A stretch of DNA of 64,000 nt from Ostrea edulis (taxonomy: Eukaryota), in the NCBI RefSeq assembly GCF_947568905.1, contig NC_079168.1, positions 3,782,001-3,846,000 on the forward strand, written 5' to 3'. The notes beneath the pieces were generated by a model. The model was not told where the DNA came from and did no database searches. It worked only from the letters and a program-made list of their open reading frames with translations. The first letter of the stretch is position 1. Each line of letters begins with the position of its first letter. The translations under genes were made by a program, and so were the position numbers. This document shows positions 13,409 through 27,499 of the stretch, in pieces.

Positions 13409-14146
13409 GCACAATATATATTTATATTACGAATTGCATTTTCCTCTATGAACCAACCAATTTCAGCTCGCGGCACAATCCGTTCATATTGACTATGAAC
13501 GGATTATGCAAACTCCCCGTCGAGGCCTCATTACGTCACCTACGAATAGACCTCTCAATCCTATGTGACGCAGTTCTGTATATTGTGAGTCCGCGATTAT
13601 CACGCAGGCAAATAACACTAATGAAGTAGTTCGTAGTTAAAAGTTTGAAGATATTGACATTAAGAGCATTAATATAAAAGTATGAATTTTATTTTAAACA
13701 TAAAATGATCAAAAGATCATTAAAAAGTAGGGAAATTCTGTTCAAATTACTGTGTAAATTAATGAACTTATTTGTTTACGTTCTTGTTTTGAAAGTTGTT
13801 TACGTTTGACGTTATGTTTTTTCGTCATTCTACAGTGACGTCACACAGTACCTAAGCACCTAAGAAATCGCTATCCCATAATGCCTAAATGGAAGAGTTT
13901 GGTTTGTAAGCAAACGAACTCTGGCGGAAGTTTGCGGATTATGAACTAGTTTAAAGCACGTGACTGAGAGAGCGTAATGATTTGAAAAAATACAACATGT
14001 GTTACAAAGATCTCGCAAGTCACACCTCGGATTAAGATTGTGAACTTACGTGGATTATCATCCCAACATATATAACGTAGTGATGTATAACCACATAACG
14101 TAGTGATGTCACCACATAAAGTAAAAAGTATCGACATAACGCAATT

Positions 14147-17100
14147 CCCAGCAGGCACGCGACGTTGTTTCAACGTTGAGAATAGGTTGAATATTGGTTG
14201 CAACGTTGAACAACTATAATTCAACGTTGTTTCAACGTTGAAGTTTCAACGTCGAAACCACAACGTTTTATCAACGGTGAAACAACGTTGAAGATATAAC
14301 ATATTTTCAACGTTGCATGTTCGTTGATATTTCAACGTTGAAAGAACGTTGAAGGTATGACATATTTTCAACGTTGAATGTTTGTCGATCTTTCACGTTG
14401 AAACAACGTTGAAGGTATAACATATTTTCAACGTTGAATGTTTGTCAATCTTTCAACATTGAAATAATGTTGAAAGTATAACATATTTTCAACGTTGAAA
14501 TGTTTGTCGATCTTTCAACGTTGCAACAACGTTGAAGATATAACGTATTTTCAATGTTGAATGTTTGTCGAGATTTCAACGTTGAATCAACGATGATGAT
14601 ATAACATATTTTCAACGTTGAATATTTGTTAATATCTCAACGTTCAAACAACGTTGGTTATTCAACATTGAAAAAGTGACGCGGATTCAATTATCATTCA
14701 ACGTTGTTTCAACGTCGAAACATCAACGTTGAGGATGTAACAAATTTTCAACGTCAAAACATCATAGAATGCACAACCTGTTTTAAAATTTGTTGTTTTG
14801 ACATTTTAAAATGTATATGAATTTTCAACCTTTGGCTATTCATATATAGTTATTGTGTGTTTTAATTATTATTTAATTTACAACCAATTGCGTAGAACAT
14901 GGGTAATTCTCTTGAATTTTTTCTCCTTTTCGAAATTCTTTTATTACTTTTCAGCAGTATGACTCTTCAGTTATACATTTGTAATCTATATTGTTCATAT
15001 GCAACATTGTTTTTCATTTGTTTGAGTGTAATGTACGGAAACAATATTATGATTTCTTTTTCTTTATAAGCTTTGTAGCATACAAAGGAAGGTGTAGGGA
15101 ATATTGCATATTTGTTAAATGGTTTTTCCAATCTTTTCAACCTGGCGATAGAGAAGACGTGTCTATTGTCGGACACCCCGACATAAAATTCTTTTTTTAA
15201 ACTTAATTACTTAACCTTACCAATTTTCCCACTGGAAACAATTTTCGTTTTTCGGGTACCCCTCCCCCCTTAAAATCCTGCAGCAGGCATTTCACGAAGC
15301 TACCTTAAGACTAATACGCGTCCTTAGTATGTCTACACATCCTATTCCTAACTGGGAAGTCAGTTTCTCGAAGCTTTTCTAAATTTAGGGCTCGCCATAC
15401 ATGTAAGTTCATCCTAGGACAGCATAACACTTGTCCTAGCTAAAATACCATCCTACGTTTGTATAAACATGGCGACAGCCGCGAAATTGAAGCGAAAAGC
15501 TCGCAGAAACCGTTAAAAATATTTTTGTTAAGGACAACCCGCAAGATTGCTTAACTGTGAGGAAGTACAGACTTTCGCGGTTTTCATAGCCTCTGTCGTT
15601 TTTTTCTACCTCATGTAGTATGTAGAACTTGAATTTTCCCCAGTTGAACAATTTGGGTTCCTCCTCTTACTCATGATAATACACTAATCCGCACAACTCA
15701 CAAATTAAATTCAGATCGGTTTGATTTTTGTCGGAAAAACGATTGTTTAATTATTGTTATTAAAGACCTTGACATGAGTACGTGTACGTAAGTCAAGGTA
15801 TATTCGTTCGATTTCAAACTATCGTACACGAGTATTGCATGGCTCAGTGGTATTGCATTCATCGTGAAAAGAAATGATAATAAACTATTAAATTAAACAC
15901 GCATGTATAGGTCCGAGTATCACAATATCTGTTTGTTTTACTACTTTATCAAATGATCTTAAAATTTCTTCGTTTATAACATATTTATATTGAATTCTCG
16001 GTATTTATATTACAAATATTCATATAAATGAATATGTCTTTTCTCTCAATGTGTGTGTCTAGTTTTGATTTGCTTAATCGGAAATATATGACGAATATCA
16101 TGTGTATAAATACATGTAAAGGAGTAATAATAACAATAATCTGAAATGCTGATCAGAATAGGACTTGGTGAACTGATTCTGATGTGTGTTAGTTATTTTG
16201 TTATCAATACCCTTTGAAGAATTTATCAATCACTGTTATTCAGATCAAATTAATGTTTGAATTTATTTCAGGGAATAAGCAAAAAAAAATGTCCTAACAT
16301 TGTAACTGCAAAAGCTAGATTAATATAATAAAAATAGAATTTTGCGTAGATATGCAACCAGGAAAATTAGTATCCATTTCATAGCGATACTTTCAACTAA
16401 TGCTCAAATGACCGTTAAGGTCTTTGGGCCGCTTGTTACTAATTTGAAATAACAATATTTAATAATTTGTTATAGCGAATTGATAATTTGAAATATCTAA
16501 ATAATTAATCAAATTACAAATTGATGATTTGTTATAAACACATTCATTGATAATTTGAAATAACAAATTGATTATCTGTTACAACAAGTTAGCATTGAGA
16601 TAACAAATTGATAATGTGTTATATATAAGGCCTATATATGATTGATTTTGTATTGTTTAACGGGAGGATATTTCATTCAAATGGAGATGTCACCAATACC
16701 GGTGAAGGGCTTCAAATTTATGAATAATTGATTTGTTTTATAACAGATTGATAATTTGTTGTAACAAATTGCATGATGATTTGTTATATTCCAAATTGAT
16801 AATTTGTTATAATTCAGATTAATGATTATATATATTATTTTACACAACAAATCATATGAATCTGTTTATAACAAATTATTAATTTCTTATAACAATGAAA
16901 CGAAAAAGAATACTGCTGCCGGCCCTAAATATTTCCGTATGTTCACGAAATCATGTAATCCCTTCTGGGTGCTGAGATTTTTAAACGTGCGCATGCGCAA
17001 AGTTTGGCGGCTGAAGAGAAAAGGTGCAAGAAACGTGTTGGAGAAAGAAAGAAAGAATTGTGATATCATTAATTAGCAGTCAAGCAGTGATCGAGGATAT

Positions 17101-18000
17101 ATTTAAGGTAATTAACAGTTCTTTATATTTCCAAACTTTATATAAAATTTACCATGAAATAGTACATACTGTTAGGCCTACTTGTTAATGCTAAATTATA
17201 TGTACATGTATATACTCCATCTGCACCTATAGACCTATATGCTCAGTGCTAAGGCGAGGGGATGCGAACAAAGTGTTTGGGGACGAAATAAAGGGATGGA
17301 ATTGATGACACCAGTTGTGTGTGTGTGGTGGTTTTGAGGGGTTTTTTGTGTGTGTTTTTTATTTGCGATGATTTGTTAAGCTTATAAACGCATCAAATCC
17401 AAGTAGTTTTCGCAAGACGCATAGGGTCTTTATAGGCCTACATTTAGATAGGATTGCGCCTCAGCTGAGTAAATGATTTATTACCCCTTTGTCATCGATG
17501 TTGGATTCTTTTCATGGACAAAGCCTAACATACAAAATTCATGCCGAGAAAATCGACAATTTAGGGGAAGCGCAGTTACATGTAAAGATAAGCGATGGCT
17601 GCTCTGTCCGTGCATGAGGATGCGAATGATGACACCATGTGGTTTTATTGCCCCTTTTTCTTTTTGCTGGTCTTATCTCCAAAACTTGTACACTTTCCAA
17701 GGAATGTTTATTAAAACGACTATAAGGCATGGAGAATGAAAAGATACCAGGCAGGCACTACATGTACATACATAGAATTCGGGGGATGGGGGTCTTTTTT
17801 TGACAACATTCATTTTTCATTATTTCCACATACAAATAAAGATATATTTGCGTTACTGAGCAACGTTGATATCTGACGTTGAAACAACGTTGATATGTGA
17901 CGTTGCTTCACCTTTCATATGAAACCAAAATTCAACGTTGATTCCACGTTAGAGAGTGACGTTGTTTCAATGTTGATTCAACGTTGAAGTGCCTGCTGGG
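14147..18000. mobile_element. Pair of CMC/EnSpm-like termini (CCCAGCAGGCAC ... GTGCCTGCTGGG) with AACGTT-rich subterminal repeats
   Basis: 12-bp perfect TIR at 14147-14158 and 17989-18000; ~59-bp tandem subterminal repeats at ~14200-14760 and shorter ones at ~17860-17990. Flanks TT/AA are not a direct TSD. Confidence 0.65.
16988..17107 (+). promoter_or_regulatory. Putative FAM50A promoter (NRF1-type TGCGCATGCGCA) and 5' non-coding exon
   Basis: Perfect TGCGCATGCGCA at 16988-16999, followed by a purine-rich segment ending in AAG|GTAATT at 17107. The FAM50A ATG exon begins at an acceptor (21391), so an upstream exon is needed. Confidence 0.5.
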
Positions 18001-18420
18001 AAGGCTGATTTACACTTTAACTTAAGGCAGTAACAGCGTTCCATAGTACGACATATTTTACCCGTCTTGGATGTAGATAAATCAACCTGATGACTTGTAA
18101 TAATTTGTAGCTTATCGCCAGTTATCGCCAGAGTCAATAAACTGATTGTCGATCTGGTTATCATAAAACTTTATCATAAAACCATGGTATTTGTTGTAAG
18201 TCAGCGAAAAGATGTCAACATGGTGTAAATTTTATGCTCAAAATAAATAATTTTTGACGATATCGTTTCATTAAATCAACTAAATGTCTAAATGAAACAA
18301 ACACCTGTACACACAGGCTCAGTTCTATTGAAGCAAATGTGAAATGGTCGTCCCGGCCCACAATGGACCGGGCCTACCTTAATCATGGCGATATACCTGT
18401 CCGGTGTCAATCTCCGAGAT

Positions 18421-19569
18421 AAGGGTTTTGAGATCAGAAAGCTGCTTTTTGAGTTCCTGGTCAACGTCTTGCTTTGAAAAAAAAGATCCCATTACGATAT
18501 GCCCACAGTTAGTCTGTATTTTCAACTTTCGCTTTCGGTTTTGTTTTGTTTTTTTACGGATTTACATGGGCCGTACTGTATTTTAATATTACAAACATTG
18601 ACAGACTTCCAGTTACGATATTGTATTGTTTTGTGAAGGTTCTCAGACTCAAGTCAATGCATTGCATTTGAATTACTTTAAAAATCTAGGAAATATCTTA
18701 TATAGATCGAATGCACTAACCAAGTGAGGTAATTTATTTGTACTTAGAGATTGACCAATCCAATGACTGACCTTTATATGTTTCGTGGCAATATACTGTG
18801 ATAGACTGATAGATTCTCCATATATATCTAAATACTTCATTCAAATTACAAACGCTAAGTTTGAACTAAAACGTATTGAATTGTCTCAAACAAATCTTTA
18901 ATCTCATCATTCAATTTGATGCTTTTATTTTCAAACACATTTTCTGTTTCTTTAAATTCTACCGTCACGGAAATTCTTTAGTCCATTTAGAAAATAATTT
19001 CAACCTTTCTTTTTTATTTCTACTTCATAAGCCCTACTTTGTTTCTTCCCAACCTTTTCCTTTTTTTTTTCTCTTGGGACATCTTTCCTTGAGAACGAAA
19101 AGTCGTATTTGAATATAGAGACATTTCCGCACATATTTCAACAACGAAAAATGGCTGTTTACGACGTAATTTATTAATTTGATAAACACTTTCTTATGAA
19201 TATTTAATTCAATTAAACTGGTTTTTTTAAAAATAAAAATGAATTCAATTTATATCTATTTATCCGAAACATAACTTTACACACACATTAACTGTTAACA
19301 TTGAGTAGATGTCGTAAAACATCACTTCCGACTACGACTTATTTATTAGAACTAAAGATAGAGATTATGTCACCATACAGTTCAAAATTGCTCTCAAACT
19401 CTTTGCAGTTATTTTTCTAGTTGAGAATAAAATATCTTCTGGTTTAAAGTAAAGTTTCTTGTTTATTTTTTTAACACGACCAGTCAGACTAGTAAATCGA
19501 CATTTTACCCAACCGGACCTATCATTTAGTAGACTCAGTCGGTCGGACGTGCCTTAGTGTCAAACCCTG
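18421..19569 (-). mobile_element. Decayed hAT-like element remnant
   Basis: End ...GTGTCAAACCCTG (19569) with ACCAGTC-type subterminal motifs; frameshifted ...RLKLFSKWTKEFP*... on the minus strand (~18950-19030) recalls hAT transposase N-termini; GAGAT on both flanks is a possible 5-bp TSD. Confidence 0.3.
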
Positions 19570-21437
19570 GAGATACAAAAACGCAATTGTCCCTCTTTAG
19601 CGAGATTAGCTGCAGAACTGTAGCTCTCTGAAAAAATAGTGTGACGGACAGAGCTACAGATCCACCCCTTATAAAAACCTTCGATTTACGGCGCACAAAA
19701 AACTGCGCACGGTTGAGGCCTGATATAAATAATTTCATATTTAATTCAATGGCCTAATTCAAACAAATACTATTCTTGATATGGTCAGTTTAATGTATAC
19801 CAATGGCTAATATAATAAAAATTTACACTTTCATGACTTTTATTCGTATTTACATAGCTAGTCTATAATACATGTATACATCTTGTACCCACCGAAGCAT
19901 TCAATAAAACACTGAACATACCTCCATCGCAGAAGAGCTGATATCTCGGAAGTTGCGTATTGAAATTACTTATTTACATTTTCAATGTAATTGATCCCAT
20001 TCCTGCCTATGAACACCTCTTTTAAAGTGGGTAAAATTATACAAAATAAACCTATAGTTCTTTATTGATTTTACAGTTTTTCATTTGTGTCACCACAAAG
20101 AAAGAAATGTAGTTTAAATTGCAATGATTATTTTTGAGACATTTTATTTAATTACTTCACTGTGATTAAACAAGTTTTACAACAATCTCAGCATGCAATG
20201 AACATAGCTCATATCGTTTGATGTTCTCTTATGTATTTCTGAATGCAGGGCTATGCAAGATGTAACAAAAATGCAGTGAATTTAATCATAATTTTTATTT
20301 TCAAATATATTTAATATTATTCTACCAAACACAGTAAAATAAAAACAAAATATATTGGTATAGAAAATGTAATTCAAAAAATTGAGTATAATGATTTTAT
20401 TCACTGCTGGTTGTCCTTCATTTCTTCAGGTGATATTTATAGAAAGGAATATCACGGGTAGCGTTTACTGATTTGCAAGAAAAACAATGAAAAGTGAGAG
20501 CACTTCTCTGGCAGTCTTTAAAACATCACTAGTTAGGCCAAAATAAATATATGTGTGTTTCCTATTTCACTTTTAATAAAAATATTAGGTAGTTTAGGTA
20601 CAACATTTCATGTCTTACCCATCATCAATACATGTGCCTTATACATTGTACAATCAGGTATGTGCAGTACTTAAGTCAATCGGGTGAAAAACACAAGTGG
20701 TGTACCATGGGTAAATTAAGACAGAGGATCTGAAAGAAATATAACAGACTTCCTTGTTAGTTTCTGACTGCTGTGTCTATTTACAATGTCAGATGAGCTT
20801 TAAATTTAACATTTTCAAGGCATCCTATGGGTTATCAAATCTCGATATGTCATACAATTATAGTGTTAAACAAACTTTTTTGTGTTAGCATAAAGATTGA
20901 CTTTGTGCTACTTTGAAAACTCCTCAAGAAAATGATAGTGACAATGAGCTCCAGGACTGAGGTAGACATTTAAAAGCCAGACAATGTCAAAACATAACTA
21001 CCTGGTCAAGTTGGTACAATAGTATATAATAATTTTTTAATGTTTGTTTGAGTAGACCAAACAGTAGTTGGGTGACTTGTCATGTTAGTTGAGGTAAGTT
21101 TCTATGAAGTCACACATTTCGAAGAATTGCTCTAAAGTTGGAGTTTTCTTGCATTTGAAAATCCTTGAATGTGCATGATGAGAGAATTTTCTTCTTTCAT
21201 TTAAGTTTGATCCGAGATGTGAAAAATCTTCACAGGAATAAAAATCAATATTAATGTAACATTATACTTGACATATTCTTATGTCCACTTTCAAATGTCA
21301 TTTATTAATCAATATCATGGGCCTTTGCCAATTATTGTACAGTTATTGTGTTTCTTCCAATGATAAAATACATGCATTGTTATTATTCAGAGCTGTATAA
21401 AAGTTAACGTGATTCCCCTTTGAGGACTTAAAGAAGG

Positions 21438-24400
21438 ATGGCGCATTACAAGGGTGCAGCATCGGAGGGTGGAAGAGCCCAAATTCTGTTGAAGAAACGT
21501 CAGAAAGAGCAGGAAGAGATTGAAACCAGAAAACGCAAAATAGAAGAGGAACTGAAGATCGGAAGCATCCAGAACAAGTTTGCTTCTCATTATGATGCAG
21601 TGGAGCAACAGCTCAAGTCCAACACAATAGGTGAGGCCTCTTAACTTATATATATTCCAAAAGCCAGGGTTTTCATCCACTTCCCTAGCAAGACAGACTT
21701 CAATCGGAAATCTCACAAAAACATTTAATATACTAGGTATACATACCTAACACATCCATTCCTTTTTGCACTCTTTTGCTTCCCATTAAAATTTCATTTA
21801 CAGCTTTCAATTGTTACAAGTTTTCATGTTTCCTTCATTTATAGAACTGATGAAAAAAGTTGAGGTCAATTAAAACTTTTACTTCTCTAGAACCATTGAA
21901 CCAAAAAATGACATAATGAGACGATGCCTCTCTTTTTACCTCTACCATGGAGGTAATATTTGGTCCGGTTTTTGTGTATTTTATGTCGACAAAATTACAT
22001 AAAACCTAAAGGTTGACCATCACTGGAATTTCTGTGAGAGATTGGTTTTATGAATGTCAACTTTACAGCAAGAGTTGATTAAAATTTGGTGTACAACTTC
22101 ATTCAAATAATGGCCGTTCACTAAGTGTTTCACCCTAGTGAGGGTCTGGTTTTGTAGTGAAGGGTCCAATGTTTTATGAGATTCATTGCTCAGCTTTCTG
22201 ATATGGAACATGGGTCTCTAATTCATACTTACGAGTGCACTGAAATATACATTAATCAGCTGATATCAGAATACGCTATTGAAACTACACTAATTCATAC
22301 TTACAAGTGCACTGAAATATACATTAATCAGCTGATATCAGAATACGCTATTGAAACTACACTATTCAAGGACTTACTGAAGGGATGCATGAAGACAATA
22401 GTATTTGCTTGAAAGTTAAACAAATGTTATACTCTCAACAACCTAATGTATATATTAAACTTAATGCAAAAATTTCAATTTGCAAGAAGAAGGTTCTTTC
22501 AAATTAAATTAAACAATGTTTATCCACCTATGATATTTAAATCCATGCAATTAATACTAGCTTTAATGATTGCATAATTGGGATTGATAAATTATGAGAT
22601 ACAAAAACAATTTTACCAGGTCTTGTAACACTGGATGAAATGAAAGCAAAACAGGAGGACGTAATTAAAAAGAGACAGTCACAGTTAGCCAAGAAAGACG
22701 CAGAAGCGAGACTCATAGAGAAAGAAAGACAGAGAAAAAAGAAGAAAGAACAACAAAAGGTGGGTTCTCAGAGAAAAATTACCATCAGTGAATTGTGCTG
22801 GTGAATGATGGTTGATTGCTTTGGCATTGCTGTGTTAGTATTTTGTTAGTGAATATTGATGATGAAATGTTGTGTTAGTATTTTGTTAGTGTACTCTGAT
22901 GATGAAATGCTGTGTTAGTATTTTGTTAGTGAACACCGGTGATGAATGTTGTGTTAGTATTTTGTTAGTGGACACCAGTGATGAATTGCTGTGTTAGTAT
23001 TTTGCTAGTGAATACTGGTGATGAATTGTTGTGTTAGTATTTTGTTAGTGAACACCGGCGATGAATTGCTGTGTTAGTATTTTGTTAGTGAACACCGGCG
23101 ATGAATTGCTGTGTTAGTATTTTGTTAGTAAACACTGGTGATGAAATGCTGTGTTAGTATTTTGTTAGTGAATATCGATGATGAATTGTTGTGTTAGTAT
23201 TTTGTTAGTGAACACTGGTGATAAAATGTTGTGTTAATATTTTGTTAGTGAACACCGGTGATAAAATGTTGTGTTAGTATTTTGTTAGTGAACACTGGTG
23301 ATAAAATGTTGTGTTAGTATTTTGTTAGTGAACACCGGTGATGAATGTTGTGTTAATATTTTGTTAGTGAACACTGATGATGAATGTTGTGATAGTATTT
23401 TGTTAGTGAACACTGATGATGAATGTTGTGTTAGTATTTTGTTAGTGAATACTGATGATGAATGTTGTGTTAGTATTTTGTTAGTGAACACTGATGATGA
23501 ATGTTGTGTTAGTATTTTGTTAGTGAACACCGGTGATTAGATGTTGTGTTAGTATTTTGTTAGTGAACACTGATGATGAATGTTGTGATAGTATTTTGTT
23601 AGTGAACACTGATGATGAATGTTGTGTTAGTATTTTGTTAGTGAATACTGATGATGAATGTTGTGTTAGTATTTTGTTAGTGAATACTGATGATGAATGT
23701 TGTGTTAGTATTTTGTTAGTGAACACTGATGATGAATGTTGTGTTAGTATTTTGTTAGTGAACACCGGTGATTAGATGTTGTGTTAGTATTTTGTTAGTG
23801 AACACTGATGATGAATGTTGTGTTAGTATTTTGTTAGTGAACACTGATAATGAAATGCTGTATTAGTATTTTGTTAGTGAACACCGGTGATTAGATGTTG
23901 TGTTAGTATTTTGTTAGTGAACACTGGTGATAAAATGTTGTGTTAGTATTTTGTTAGTGAACACTGATAATGAAATGCTGTATTAGTATTTTGTTAGTGA
24001 ACACCGGTGATTAGATGTTGTGTTAGTATTTTGTTAGTGAACACCGGTGATTAGATGTTGTATTAGTATTTTGTTAGTGAACACTGGTGGTGAAATGTTG
24101 TGTTAGTATTTTGCTAGTGAACACTGGTGGTGAAATGTTGTGTTAGTATTTTGTTAGTGAACACCGGTGATTAGATGTTGTATTAGTATTTTGTTAGTGA
24201 ACACTGATGATTAGATGTTGTATTAGTATTTTGTTAGTGAACACTGATGATTAGATGTTGTATTAGTGTTTTGTTAGTGAACACTGGTGATAAAATGTTG
24301 TGTTAGTGAACACTGATGATGAATTGTTGTGTTAGTATTTTGTTAGTGAATATCGATGATAAAATGTTGTGTTAGTATTTTGTTAGTGAACACCGGTGAT

Positions 24401-25714
24401 AAAATGTTGTGTTAGTATTTTGTTAGTGAACACTGATGATAAAATGTTGTGTTAGTATTTTGTTAGTGAACACTGGTGGTGAAATGTTGTATTAGTATTT
24501 TGTTAGAGAACACTGATGATAAAATGTTGTGTTAGTATTTTGTTAGTGAACACTGATGATAAAATGTTGTGTTAGTATTTTGTTAGTGAACACTGATGAT
24601 AAAATGTTGTGTTAGTATTTTGTTAGTGAACACTGATGATAAAATGTTGTGTTAGTATTTTGTTAGTGAACACTGATGATAAAATGTTGTGTTAGTATTT
24701 TGTTAGTGAACACTGGGGATGAAATGCTGTGTTAGTATTTTGTTAGTGAACACCGGTGATAATATGTTGTGTTAGTATTTTGTTAGTGAACACTGGGGAT
24801 GAAATGCTGTGTTAGTATTTTGTTAGTGAACACCGGTGATAAAATGTTGTGTTAGTATTTTGTTAGTGAACACTGATGATAAAATGTTGTGTTAGTATTT
24901 TGTTAGTGAACACTGGTGGTGAAATGCTGTATTAGTATTTTGTTAGTGAACACTGATGATAAAATGTTGTGTTAGTATTTTGTTAGTGAACACTGGGGAT
25001 GAAATGTTGTGTTAGTATTTTGTTAGTGAACACTGATGATAAAATGTTGTGTTAGTATTTTGTTAGTGAACACCGGTGATAAAATGTTGTGTTAGTATTT
25101 TGTTAGTGAACACCGGTGATAAAATGTTGTGTTAGTATTTTGTTAGTGAACACTGGTGATGGATGATAGTTGGTGGGTTTAGCTTAACAGAAAGGGTCTA
25201 ATAACATAGAAAAGAATCTTTATTCATTAAAAAGTAAAATAATGATAATAGGAATATACATTTGAAAATTGGGAATTTTATGTAAGAAACATTCAATATA
25301 CTTTACACTTTTCAGATTGCTAGTCTCTCTTTTGACCCAGATGAAGAGGAAGACATTGAAGAGTCCGATGAAGAGGAAGTCGAAGAAACAGGAAAGAAAA
25401 GAAGACTTGGTAAGTAAACAATTTTGATTCATTAAAGTTGTTGTTTGTAGAGATGATATGTTAAATAAAGCAAACTAGAACATTTGAAATGTTAATCCAG
25501 AACATCTCATATTAAGGTCTTGATATAATTACTACATACTAGTATATATGAAGTTTTTTAACCAAAATGTGAATGTTGACAGGTAAAAATCCAGATGTTG
25601 ATACGAGCTTCCTTCCAGACCGAGACAGAGAGGAAGAGGAAAACAAACTCAGGTACATCAATCAAATGTAGATCAAAGACTATTTACTTAAAACATGACA
25701 CACACACACACACA

Positions 25715-25772
<58 letters not shown>

Positions 25773-26079
25773 TCAAAAGGTTATAGATGAAGGCAACATA
25801 CAGTAAATGAATACAATAGTTATTATGCAAACAGGCAAAAACCCTTGTGATTTTTCAGCTTTATATTTTGCAAGGGAAATTTCCCATTTGGCAGTGCTCT
25901 CCTTTCCTTTTTGTGATGTATTTATAATATAGAATAAAGTCAATTATTCAATGTCATCAATAGTAAATGTATTTATTATAGTTGTGTTGTATAATTATTA
26001 ATTTTTTGTTGTTGTTAGGGAGCAACTTCGCCAGGAGTGGGAAAAGAGACAGGAGAGGATGAAGAATGAGGAAATCGAC

Positions 26080-26112
<33 letters not shown>

Positions 26113-26529
26113 AGGCGACAGGCACGAATGAAGAAGGGCAACAGCATTCAACAGTTCTTACAAAAATGTCTGGAGAGTTTGCGACGAGAATTTAACGACC
26201 TGAAAGTTGTCTCTGTCGACCAATTAATGTATGTGAAAGAGGATTTGATTATCGCCCACCATTACACGTTTTATGATTTCATTGTCACCAAGGCTCGAGG
26301 TAAAAGTGGCCCTCTGTTCAGTTTCGATGTTCACGATGATGTGAGATTGGTTAGTGATGCCTCTGTGGAAAAAGACGAATCGCATGCCGGGAAGGTGTGT
26401 TTAAGATCTTGGTATGAGCGGAACAAGCACATATTTCCAGCAAGTAGATGGGAACCATATGATCCGGAGAAAAAGTGGGACGAGTACACAGTGTCAGACA
26501 AAAACGCAGCCAAAATAACCGTTAAGTGA
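21438..26529 (+). CDS. FAM50A: FAM50A/XAP5 nuclear protein, 335 aa; coding exons 21438-21630, 22620-22759, 25316-25409, 25583-25652, 26019-26529
   Basis: Starts [21 protein letters not shown]; contains [68 protein letters not shown]. All introns GT-AG; exon lengths sum to 1008 nt (336 codons). Confidence 0.97.
22828..25160. repeat. ~39-40-bp minisatellite (GTGTTAGTATTTTGTTAGTGAACACTGATGATGAATGTT), ~58 copies, in a FAM50A intron
   Basis: Direct reading; begins ~70 bp after the donor at 22759. Confidence 0.95.
25698..25768. repeat. Compound (CA)n(CT)n microsatellite in a FAM50A intron
   Basis: Direct reading. Confidence 0.95.
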
Positions 26530-27041
26530 CAGCTTTTATAACGGTTGTATAGTACAGTAAATGTGATGTTATTCATAAGAAGGATCGGAAATAAAGAACA
26601 GGGTGTATTGTGCAGTCTCATGACACAAAAAATCTTAAATTGATTTTATCTGAATCAGTTGAAAAGTATGATTCTGGATTTTATTGAAACTGTATTCCTT
26701 TTAAGAACTTGTGAATACAGCAACATCCATTACCATGAAAGATTGGGATTTATGTTCCAAATTATTTAGTATTGTCATGTTTTCAGTACAATATAAAATG
26801 TGTTTCATTTGTCATGATTTTAAATACATGTATATCTATGAAAATATATCTGTTCTGTGTTGTTGTTGGCAAAAATTTACAAAATCCATTCATACAAAGT
26901 ACTCGTAATTCTAGTATAGATCTACAACACATCATATTAGTTTTCTTGGATTTTTCAGTTTTGATTTGCACATAATTATGTCACTTCCCTTCAGATTACT
27001 TGGTTAGTAAACACAAATTGTATGTTTTATTTGTCAGCTTC

Positions 27042-27499
27042 CAATGGCAGATTTGAGGGAGCGCAGCCGGCGCTCACCCCCTTAAAAAATTTAATTCAAG
27101 GTAAATTGTGGTCTCTTGTTTAGAAAAATGTAAACGATAAAAGAAGCAATAATTTCTTCCACTCGCAGAGAAATTACAAAATCTTTTGATTTATTGAATT
27201 ACTTTTATTTGGAGAACTCTGAGTGACATTTTTTTCCAAAACCCTTAAGATTTACATCATTTCATTAATTTCACCTTAATATTAAAAATGACAGAAAATT
27301 GTAAAAATGACTTCATAGAAGACATATTTCAAATCCTATAAAATCTGTAAAATCCAGAAGTTTCTAGGGACTTCGCCCCCAGGTGCCTCCACCATGACTT
27401 CACCCTGGACCCACAGTCGATGGGCAACAAGGCAGCTCCCAGATCCCCTGCCTCATAAAGTTGCGCTCCCCCTAACCGCAATTCCTGGATCTGCCCCTG
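27042..27499. mobile_element. MITE family 1, copy 3
   Basis: CAATGGCAGATTTG ... GGATCTGCCCCTG; perfect 5-bp TSD GCTTC (27037-27041, 27500-27504). Confidence 0.85.

Noticed and set aside
14200-14760. Palindromic AACGTT repeats superficially like a CRISPR array
   Set aside because: The intervening sequences are themselves repeats, there are no cas genes, the context is eukaryotic, and they are transposon subterminal repeats.
23285-23775. 80-81-aa repeat ORFs on both strands
   Set aside because: Runs of 39-bp units in the FAM50A intronic array.
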